Below are positions 1 through 7,701 of a DNA stretch of 9,007 nucleotides, one piece after another. The notes below the pieces were generated by a model, which worked only from the letters and a program-made list of their open reading frames with translations, was not told the DNA's origin and searched no databases. The stretch comes from Oopsacas minuta (lineage: Eukaryota > Animalia > Porifera): positions 3,015 to 12,021 of the forward strand of contig JAKMXF010000159.1 in the NCBI GenBank assembly GCA_024704765.1, written 5' to 3'. The position numbers and the translations under genes are program-made. Each line of letters starts with the position of its first letter. The first letter of the stretch is position 1.

Positions 1-73
1 GGTCAAAATAGCCTGGTCTGGATATGACCCTAATTAATCTGAGTTTACTGTTCTAATTAATTATGTAATTATA

Positions 74-389
74 TACGGACCATTTGAAGAATCTTTTCTA
101 AGGAATTACACTCGTCAAATTGTTAGTGGAGTTAAGTATTTACATTCAAAGAATGTAATACACAGGTAAGTACATACGTATACAAGAATATCTTTAATAC
201 GAACAGCAACGGACGCTAGAAATGCTCCCCTATACGATGAACATTAATTAACTATTCGTATATGTTAGAGACGTGAAGGGAGATAACATAATGGTAGAGC
301 CGAGTGGATGCATAAAACTGATAGACTTTGGCTGTGCAAGAGCTTTCATAGATGAATCGGCTACAGCAAGACACATATTGCAGCCATAA
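74..389 (+). pseudogene. STE11/MAP3K19(YSK4)-like kinase fragment A (subdomains V-VII), two exons 74-165 and 269-389, truncated
   Basis: Splicing 166-268 gives [70 protein letters not shown]. HRDxKGxN and DFG motifs are present; IKLIDFGCA is as I recall for MAP3K19. It stops (TAA 387-389) just before the expected GTPYWMAPE segment, and there is no AG acceptor directly before 74. Confidence 0.85.
166..268 (+). other. Spliceosomal intron (103 nt, phase 2, inside the Arg codon of HRD)
   Basis: GTAAGT donor at 166 and TTAG acceptor ending at 268. Removing it restores CAC AG|A GAC = H-R-D. Confidence 0.9.
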
Positions 390-481
390 TTATTCGCTTA
401 TTATTCAATAATTATATTTCTAGGTTACCTAGGTGGGACAATTTCAATGTATACACGTCATATTGTTACTTAATCTTGTAG

Positions 482-1205
482 GAAATAGTATCAATCCTTG
501 GTAAAACAAGAAGCAAAGTAACTCCTTAAAAATCTTGTCTCTCTCCCTCTCTTTCTTCCAAATCCTCTCGTGTACTCTCAGAACAGGCGGAGTGTGACAG
601 GGAATCAGATTATGATAGTGATGAAGATACAACTGAGGTTATTAGATGGAAGAGAGGAGCTGTATTAGGCATTGGAGCATATGGAACAGTTAGTAACTTT
701 ATTATACAGTGTGAGACCTGTGGAAACGGGAACTTCTGAAAACATATACAACGAACTCCTAGTCCCATACAAATGAACCTCCACAAAAGGGGGAACATTT
801 TTCGGCATCTCTGTTACCACACTTATGGAGACAGATTACTAACTATAGTGTAATGGAAGTTACACTGTAGTTAGTAATCTGATACATTTAATACCGATTA
901 TAAGAATATGCTAGATATACGAACTCTGGAAAATTGACCTAAAATATATTTCTATATATTTGATGACAATTAATAGGAACATCCATTGTTACTCCTAAGG
1001 GTGTTCTTATAACCGGCAATAAGTCTAGCGATATTATTAAATATCTCTGCTTAGTCGAGATCACAGCTTAATGGTTAAAATATTTACAGAACCTTTACGA
1101 TAATATGTTGATTAGGTTGTGAGAGGATTAACTCTTGATAAATGAATGATAATAGCAGTGAAGCAGATTGAACTTAACTATTATGATAAAGAGAAAGCAA
1201 TGAAG
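482..1205 (+). pseudogene. MAP3K19-like kinase fragment B (acidic linker plus subdomains I-III), exons ~482-688 and 1116-1205
   Basis: Exon 1 ends ...ESDYDSDEDTTEVIRWKRGAVLGIGAYGT, with donor GTTAGT at 689. After the acceptor (TTAG ending 1115), exon 2 reads VVRGLTLDK*MIIAVKQIELNYYDKEKAMK, with donor GTTGGT at 1206. The phase-0 join gives the Gly-loop GIGAYGTV and the VAVK-type lysine (IAVKQ). In-frame stops at 527-529 (TAA) and 1143-1145 (TGA). Confidence 0.85.
832..881. repeat. 50-nt near-perfect palindrome (22-bp stem, 6-nt loop) inside the kinase intron
   Basis: CAGATTACTAACTATAGTGTAA (832-853), loop TGGAAG, TTACACTGTAGTTAGTAATCTG (860-881). 21 of 22 positions are Watson-Crick and one is G.T. 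Confidence 0.9.
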
Positions 1206-1280
1206 GTTGGTTGTTTCACAGAGATATACGAGTATAACCATACATGAAAATTGAGCATAAATATTTAGATATATTTTTGC

Positions 1281-1331
1281 TTTTACCCGTGGACCACCGA
1301 GGGGTCGATAGCCCCCAGATTGGGACCGTTG
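1281..1331. repeat. GC-rich degenerate repeat remnant related to 7702-7786
   Basis: CCGTGGACCACCGAGGGGT (1287-1305) matches CCGTGGACC-CCAAGGGGT (7765-7782) with one indel and one substitution. It is a GC-rich island in AT-rich DNA. Confidence 0.4.
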
Positions 1332-1529
1332 ATTTGGTTATCGAAATGTTATGCCATGATCAGTTAGCTAACTACCAAAATACACAATAGTTATTTCATC
1401 TGTCAGTCTATTTGTAATTTTGGGGAATTAATATTTAAGTATAGATTCGTAGTACCGAAAATTATGAATATAAAAAGAGTGAAATATGATAATTAATTAC
1501 AAACAAATATGTAAATAACAACAATATAA

Positions 1530-1848
1530 TTAATATATATTCATTGCATTATCACTAAGACTAGCACAAATAATATCAAAGTTATTATTAACAACTATCC
1601 CTCCAGGATTATTACATTTAATTTTGTGTATCAGCTGTCCATCTTTAGTAAATATATTAATTGAATTTCTCCAATTATCGCTAATTATAATATTATTATA
1701 CAAATCAAAACACATAGAAATACTTCCTCTCCCATTTTCTAATTTTATGAAACTTTTCAACAAATCACCTGATTTAGAGAATATGTGTATATAATTAATC
1801 TCATTATTGTCAACAACAAATATCTTATTATTATTTATTTTGACGTCA
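1530..1848 (-). pseudogene. C-terminal NHL-repeat (beta-propeller) blades of a TRIM-NHL-like protein
   Basis: The frame is open from ~1846: DVKINNNKIFVVDNNEINYIHIFSKSGDLLKSFIKLENGRGSISMCFDLYNNIIISDNWRNSINIFTKDGQLIHKIKCNNPGGIVVNNNFDIICASLSDNAMNIY*. It has repeated NHL-type units (I.V.D....I.IF...G..I..I; P.GI.V). The upstream blades are missing. Confidence 0.8.
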
Positions 1849-1849
1849 N

Positions 1850-2161
1850 TACTTTGTTATTCACAAAATACAATTTGGTAACCCAACACAAACCACTGGG
1901 AATAATAATTCTATTTTAATAATTGTGTCAGTTCAGCAGTTTTCTATTCAGAATATTCATTCAATAGAAACTATAAATTCTGTTATAATTGAGAACAAAC
2001 AAAATATACACAATTTCATACCAAACAAACAACAACAAATAATCGATGAAATTATAGCGACACAATTCCCAGAAACTACCAGAGTGCCACAAAGGCCTGA
2101 ACCACTTGCAGAGCCAATCTCTCTCTTCTCAACAGCTACTACCTCTCTTATAGCTTGGTAA
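1850..2161 (+). other. Inverted coding-like segment inside the NHL pseudogene (open frame 1844-2161)
   Basis: The plus frame reads YFVIHKIQFGNPTQTTGNNNSILIIVSVQQFS...PEP. Its start has 11/24 ungapped identities with the last minus-strand NHL blade (1631-1560). The minus strand here loses all NHL resemblance. Confidence 0.4.
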
Positions 2162-2561
2162 TTGGGAACGATTGGTGCCTCCCCCTCTAGGACCTCTCCC
2201 AGTTATGCAATCAGCTGCTCTAAGGGTTTGGATTGGTTCCTAGATACAATATGGGTCTCAGGCTGGTGTGCATTAACCTCTGCTAATTGTAGCTCTATAT
2301 CAGCTAGCATTCCCTCCTGCAGCTCTTGGAGGGCATTCATTTAGGGACGACGCCTCATCTCAGCCTTCATTCCGACCAGTTCCTCAAACTTTTTAATTCG
2401 GTCTAATCTCCTCGCTGCCTATTCATCACGTAGTTCGTGGACCTGTTGAGGAGAGCTGTCCGTCTCTGGTTGAGGCGATAAACCATCCGATCGAATAGCT
2501 CATTGATTTGTGTCTCGATAGGGTCTACGGGAGCAATTACTGGGGAGTTATAATGTGCCAT
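2120..2561 (-). pseudogene. N-terminal coiled-coil half of a RING-less TRIM-NHL-like gene, with frameshift and nonsense lesions
   Basis: ATG at 2561: MAHYNSPVIAPVDPIETQINELFDRMVYRLNQRRTALLN /shift/ VHELRDE*AARRLDRIKKFEELVGMKAEMRRRP*MNALQELQEGMLADIELQLAEVNAHQPETHIVSRNQSKPLEQLIA*LGEVLEGEAPIVPNYQAIREVVAVEKR. It is heptad-rich and resembles the B-box C-terminal coiled coil that precedes NHL repeats. Stops at 2343-2341 and 2205-2203. Confidence 0.75.
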
Positions 2562-2711
2562 TTGTTGTTATTTGTTTCTAAAATTATGAAAAAAGAAAAA
2601 CAGTTAATGAATTGCTATAAACAAATATTCTTGTGTCTCAATACTAGCAGAGCTGTCCTAACTAAATTGTGACATCTCTAGTGTCACCAATATTAATCTA
2701 ATTATTGTATA

Positions 2712-5186
2712 ATGAAACTAAACTGCAAGTATTTCCTTAAAAGGAATTATTCCAGAAAGAATGTGTATCGAGACTTATTGCTTTGTTTGACTCAAAGCTT
2801 GATGATTTGCTCAACAATCAGAATGGAAAATGGGAAATTCCTTTCTAGACAAGAATATGAAGAAATTTTGCATTCATTGGACAAGTGGGAAGATCTGTCT
2901 ACCATACAAAAAGAAAAGATTGGATACCACATACCCAAACGTTACAAAATATTGAAAATTGCAGAAACAAATAATTAAATTTGTTTATCAGCTTCAGACG
3001 TTACCAGTCTAATTCAAGTCACTCATCAGCAACGGGTATTTGAAGATCTGTTGGAGATCTACCCATCATCGGGTCATAGCAAGGGGATAATTTTTTGGAA
3101 GGTTGTAAATACCACCTTCATGGTTTCAAGATCAATAACCGACTTTTTCGTCGCAACATGCCCCACTTGCATTAAAAGATCTGTGCGTAAACCAGGTAGA
3201 GCAGGTCAGGGCCGTATCCAGAGCGTAGTATTAGGAGGGGTTAAGTAAACTTTAGGGGGGGCTTGGATACTTAAGATTTTTATATCTATTTTGGGGTAGG
3301 CCCATACCCAAACTCCCAAGCTACTTTGGAGGAAGGTAAAATTACTTGGTTCATAAATATTCAGACAACTATGGCATTCTATAGTTTCGCTTAGTAATCG
3401 TAAAAAGTATTCAAACTGGAAGGAATATATGTTGTGGTCATATAAAAACAAAAAATATATTTTCAATGGTCGCTGTAAGAGCATCCATATAATTAGTATA
3501 TTCACTACTAGCAAGATTAATTAGATAACTAAAATGTAGTAAATTTGACATAATCACAAAGATTTCCTTGATTTAACTAATACTTAGGATCTAAGATAGT
3601 AAAGATCAATATAGCTTTGCAAAAATTTACGGGGTGGTTAAATTTCCTAGGGGGAGCTCAGCCCCCCCCTATCTACGGCCCTGGAGCAGGTCACATCCCG
3701 ATATTGACGAAAGGTTTCGGGAGTCGAGACCAAGTGGACCTGATTGACTTTCAAAGTTGTCCGGGCGGACGTTTTAAATTTCTTTTGGTCTATCAAGATC
3801 ATGGAATCAAGTTTACAGATTGCAAAAGTCTAGAGTCGAAGAGAAGTGTTTCAGTGGTGTTTGCATTGTTAGATATTTTACTCTGATCGGCGCTCCGGCT
3901 GTATTACAAACTGACAAAGGTAGAGAGTTCGAAGGTGCAGCAGGAAAATCGTGACACTTTACTGTTGATGATTTATGTGAAATTATAACCGAAATACGTT
4001 GCTTGTAGCCTGAGCGTAAAATTGTACATGGCCGACCGCGTCATTCCGAATCTCAAGGTGGGGTGGAGCGCCTAAACAGAACTTATGAGCAAAATATCTC
4101 AGTTTTGTTGGAGGAAAACCAATCTCGAAATTGGTCGGTAGGTTGTAATTTCAAGATGGCAGATAAATACTTAATTTCATACAGTAGTAAAGAATATATC
4201 ATACATTCCTGCATTCAGGCAGAGATCTAGATGTGGTATTTCGTCTCTTCCTTTATCACCTGAGTTAATGTGCTCGCTGGCAACTGAAGCACAACTGAAT
4301 GCAGCACTAAATCTCCCTGAAGACTGCCATATTGAAGATTCTTATTTTTCATGGACAAGTGACCATCAAATTATTGATACGACTCTGTAGGTTGAAGACT
4401 ATAATAATGTTTGTGAAGACAACCTAATAATCCAAATACCAACGTCGCTTTTGAAGTCAACAAATTTGGAGGAATTTTTCAGCCTTCTCCAATTGATGAT
4501 AATCTTCCGGATGAAAATCCTTCAATCGTCAACGAAAATAGTACTAGAGATACAACATTATTAGAAGTTAGAATCCATGAACTTTCTACAACTAATACTA
4601 GTAGTGCAGGGGCGACTTATGTCAATACGTCATTAGATTTACTACAGAATGACCAAGTCGAATCTCCTAATCGACGAGAATTACGTAAAAGGGCTGCTGA
4701 ATCGCTAATTATACAAGGTGAACGCATGAAAAGAGTGCAAGAAGATCAGATGGGATAGCCGAACTTCCTATAGGGACCATTGTACAGATTTCAGTGAAGG
4801 ATATTGACAGAGCCAAAACTGACTCAACTAACGCCACGTTTATTGTTGTCGAGAAAACCTCTGGAAAAGATTCCTCATTCGAGAAATATAGGCTGGGATG
4901 TCATACTGGTCCTAAACAATATCTACGATCGAAGTGAATTATCTCCTTGTCTAAATGTAACACCAACAGCAATGGGGGTACAATCAACTTTAGAAATTGG
5001 AGAGGTTCACCGAGATGTGGAATTAGAGCTGCGATGCGAACTGTATCAATGATGGGCGGGCAAGGTATGCTCAGATGTGACTGTAAAGAAAATTGTAAAA
5101 GTAAGAAGTGTAGATGCTATCGAGGTGGAAGAATATGCAATTCTCGCTGTCATAAACAAAACAGCAGGAGCAAAAACCACGATTGA
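2712..5186 (+). mobile_element. Decayed Ginger2/Tdd-like DNA transposon transposase (KRBA2/SCAND3-type integrase) pseudogene
   Basis: Reassembled across stops and frameshifts: Zn-finger remnant (Y)xxxGH...CPTC (3060-3170); integrase core QVDLID (3731-3748), LQTDKGREF (D at 3913) and HGRPRHSESQGGVERLN (E at 4066); later ELPIGTIVQISVKDIDRAKTD and KYRLG; C-terminal GGQGMLRCDCKENCKSKKCRCYRGGRICNSRCH. There are no RT, RNase H or LTR remnants nearby. Termini were not identified. Confidence 0.85.
3207..3683. mobile_element. Non-autonomous hAT-superfamily MITE (477 bp) inserted in the transposase
   Basis: Perfect 10-bp TIRs CAGGGCCGTA (3207-3216) and TACGGCCCTG (3674-3683). Perfect 8-bp TSD GAGCAGGT (3199-3206 and 3684-3691). 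Removing the element and one TSD restores the frame ...RKPGRAG|HIPILTKGFG. G-rich subterminal direct repeats at ~3234-3263 and 3631-3658. Confidence 0.95.
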
Positions 5187-5218
5187 TTAAGCTTATAATT
5201 AGTTGTATTTATTAGAAT

Positions 5219-5257
5219 GCTGAATAGTTAGATCTATTCAGCTACGAATTACTCTAG
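5219..5257 (+). mobile_element. Candidate Helitron-like 3' terminus
   Basis: Perfect 9-bp stem GCTGAATAG/CTATTCAGC (5219-5242, 6-nt loop), 11-nt spacer, CTAG (5254-5257), then T. No 5' end or Rep/helicase is seen. Confidence 0.3.
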
Positions 5258-5750
5258 TATGGAATTAGTGTAGTAGTAATCTCAAATGTCGGCGATTATA
5301 CATATGTATATTCAGTAGATATTTCATACAGTAAAATGGAATTAGAGGAAAGGTGGGAGATGTGAAATATTTCAATATTATAAGAGCAAACGTTTAGAGA
5401 GATAAATGGAATTTAATAGCTCAGAATACTAGAAATATAAATATGTTGCAACGGAATTCGAAAACTCTATCTGTCGATTCAAAAAAAGTGAACAAATTTC
5501 CAAAGTTGAATCTATAAAATCAACAAAACATATTAATTTCTATGAATAATTCAATTATCATTTATTGTGCTTTGTTTTCTAATGATTTGAAACCAAAATT
5601 GAATGATTATTACGTCATCTAATATCACAATTAGTTACAGTCAAAAGGTGTTAGAAACAATCCCAATGGAACTCAATTTCTGCAGGACAATACAGATAAT
5701 AATATACANGTACAGAGCGCATACAGTTAGCCACACAATACTCTATTATG

Positions 5751-5758
5751 TATAAATA
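5751..5758 (+). promoter_or_regulatory. Putative TATA box of the b5-fusion gene
   Basis: TATAAATA lies 9 nt before the first ATG (5768) and 36 nt before the second in-frame ATG (5795), which would favour 5795 as the true start. The AT-rich context limits significance. Confidence 0.3.
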
Positions 5759-5767
5759 TGATAAATA

Positions 5768-7345
5768 ATGTTAGTAGTGATAGCACATACTTCGATGGAT
5801 TCTACTGTAGGATTGATAGTTGGTGTAATATTCTCTCTATGTGTAGTGTTACTCACTAAATTCATTGGGCCTAACCTCAGAAAGAATTTCACACCTCTGC
5901 CTGTATGGCGTGGTGTCTTGTGGTACAGATGGAAGTCTCTACCTTCCCAACAAGCTCTGAATTTCTCACCTTTTACCGGTATTAAATTCCCTTACTCTTT
6001 GAATGTTAGAGCTAAATCTGCCTGGCTCGGATTCATCCTACATTTTATATTTATGACATTCATGATCACCTGGGCAAAGATCCGTTACTCTACTCACCAT
6101 ACTCACAACTGTCCTGTACCTACTGCCCCCAGCTGGTGTGATTATACTAATAAGCTAGAAATAATACACTATGTGTTCCTTATTGGTACTGCTATATTCG
6201 TAATACTCCATCTGCTACAGACACATTATAGTTATGATGGAATAGCTCAAGATGCAGCTGAGATGGTACCTATAATAGGAACTGTTTTGTCCCTTGTTGT
6301 ACTAGCTCTCATGCAGCAGACAGAGAGAGGATTAGTATTCGGATACGGACTAGACACAGAGACATTTATTGCATTAACTAACATAGCTAGAAGGTTCCAC
6401 CCATTCATTGTAGGATGGGACATAGTATTCACATTCTGGTACCATCCTATGGAAGGAGGAGTACATCATATCCCCGGGTTACTCCCTCTCCTCTGTATAT
6501 TCATACAGGGATGTTTATTATTCACAACTGTACATCTTAATCCTATATGGAGAGTAGCATTAGAACTACTAGGATTCCCTCATGCTATATATATTGAATA
6601 TTCACATCCAGAGAGGGGTAGATGGAAAATGTTCCTCACAGGGGTCCTCTTAACACCTATAGTCGTACACTTCCATATGTTCAATATGTCCTTTATCCTA
6701 ACAACCAGTCTGCTAGTTTGTTATGTTACTCTAGTGGTGGTATTGTATAGAGATATGCCTTGGTATAGATGGACAGAACCACTTCATTTTCCTTGTATAA
6801 TATTTCTACTAATCTTCCTGGTATATGGCATAATGTATATACCCTATAGTGTTACTAATGTGTTAGGAATGTGGCCTGAAGTGTCAACTAGTGGCGCTAT
6901 ACCCTCTGGATTCAATCTAGCTGTGTGGATATGTGGAACATTCCTTGTGGTATCTATCGTTGTCATGACTTTCGTGCTAGCAGATCTATTAGAAGGCATA
7001 GCACGTAATTACGCTAGCACGGTAGGTGACATGAACTCTAATGTAGCTAAAGTATTCCGTATGGGGAATGACACTAATAATCATAATATACGTATGCATG
7101 ATCTACCTGTTGTTACCTTGGATGAGGTAGCTAGACATAACACTAAAAATGATGCTTGGATTGTTATTAACAAATATGTGTATGACGTCACCAATTTTAT
7201 TGACTACCATCCAGGATCTAGAGCTATACTCCTGGAGCAGTGCGGGAGAGATGGTACAGCAGCGTTTGATGGGATCAAATGGGGTACAGGACATCCTGTT
7301 GGTACCATTTCTGATATGAAAGGATTACTGTGTGGTAGACTATAG
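5768..7345 (+). CDS. Uncharacterised multi-pass (~11 TM) histidine-rich membrane protein with a C-terminal cytochrome b5-like heme-binding domain; intact and intronless
   Basis: Uninterrupted 525-codon ORF with ~11 hydrophobic segments in aa 13-405. Motifs LHLLQTHYSYDGIAQD, RGLVFG, TFWYHPME and HLNPIW. The b5 fold occupies aa ~448-525. A T-rich 3' region with AATAAA follows. The start could be 5795. Confidence 0.92.
   Translation: MLVVIAHTSMDSTVGLIVGVIFSLCVVLLTKFIGPNLRKNFTPLPVWRGVLWYRWKSLPSQQALNFSPFTGIKFPYSLNVRAKSAWLGFILHFIFMTFMITWAKIRYSTHHTHNCPVPTAPSWCDYTNKLEIIHYVFLIGTAIFVILHLLQTHYSYDGIAQDAAEMVPIIGTVLSLVVLALMQQTERGLVFGYGLDTETFIALTNIARRFHPFIVGWDIVFTFWYHPMEGGVHHIPGLLPLLCIFIQGCLLFTTVHLNPIWRVALELLGFPHAIYIEYSHPERGRWKMFLTGVLLTPIVVHFHMFNMSFILTTSLLVCYVTLVVVLYRDMPWYRWTEPLHFPCIIFLLIFLVYGIMYIPYSVTNVLGMWPEVSTSGAIPSGFNLAVWICGTFLVVSIVVMTFVLADLLEGIARNYASTVGDMNSNVAKVFRMGNDTNNHNIRMHDLPVVTLDEVARHNTKNDAWIVINKYVYDVTNFIDYHPGSRAILLEQCGRDGTAAFDGIKWGTGHPVGTISDMKGLLCGRL
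7109..7342 (+). other. Cytochrome b5-like heme/steroid-binding domain
   Basis: TLDEVARHNTKNDAWIVINKYVYDVTNFIDYHPGSRAILLEQCGRDGTAAF...GHP: canonical W.vi...VYDvT.f...HPG signature. Both predicted axial histidines are retained (H481 at 7208-7210, and H509). Confidence 0.93.
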
Positions 7346-7475
7346 GTTACTATTTGTATCTTATTTCTTTTCACTGATTTACTAGTATTTACTATCAGCT
7401 TTGTTATTATTCTTAAGTGTGCTAATTAGTAATAATTGTTTGTATTTGTTACTATTTGTTGTTTCGATTATCATT

Positions 7476-7481
7476 AATAAA
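7476..7481 (+). terminator. Putative polyadenylation signal
   Basis: AATAAA 130 nt downstream of the stop codon, within a T-rich 3' UTR-like tract. Confidence 0.45.
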
Positions 7482-7701
7482 CTGATCCTACCTCATTCTT
7501 GTTATCATGTTAAGGTTACAGTATACCTTGATTAATCCTAACAGCTGGGTATAATGCTGAAGTAATCTTTTGAAATGTTCTAACACTTCCCAAATATATC
7601 TAATTTATTGCTTATTATTACGTCATACATATCATATTTGTTATAATTCTAGTCACTAAACTAACGGTATTCAGGACTTTTCAGATTAGCTAGAGGGTAT
7701 G

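Noticed and set aside
424-432. Possible 9-nt micro-exon (AG|GTTACCTAG|GT) with a 49-nt intron 433-481
   Set aside because: The splice signals are plausible, but every phase hits a stop in the micro-exon or the next exon. It cannot be supported without the parental gene.
444-798. Minus-strand ORFs 444-632 and 610-798
   Set aside because: They are antisense shadows of the plus-strand kinase exon, with no recognisable motifs.
987-1002. TGTTACTCCTAAGGGT matches the reverse complement of the 7786 end at 13/16, suggesting a TIR partner
   Set aside because: It lies inside the intron between two collinear kinase exons, so the element would have to contain the next exon. The flanks CCAT and CTGT do not form a TSD.
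1228-1276. Possible remnant of the next kinase exon (EY...HxNIVRY-like)
   Set aside because: It needs several indels to read as kinase and has no clear acceptor.
2162-2344. Plus-strand 60-aa ORF
   Set aside because: It is antisense to the coiled-coil pseudogene, which has the better protein signal.
3206-3514. 102-aa minus-strand ORF
   Set aside because: It lies within the AT-rich MITE, uses a non-ATG start and shows no transposase motifs.
2560-5460. Search for close-in TIRs of the Ginger element
   Set aside because: Only 5-7-nt matches were found by eye, which is expected by chance in AT-rich DNA.
5610-5617. CRE-like TTACGTCA upstream of the b5 gene (also at 7618-7625; TGACGTCA at 1841-1848)
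   Set aside because: A short motif recurring at unrelated positions, with no independent support.
6247-7294. Minus-strand ORFs 6247-6432 and 7103-7294
   Set aside because: They are antisense shadows of the 525-aa CDS.
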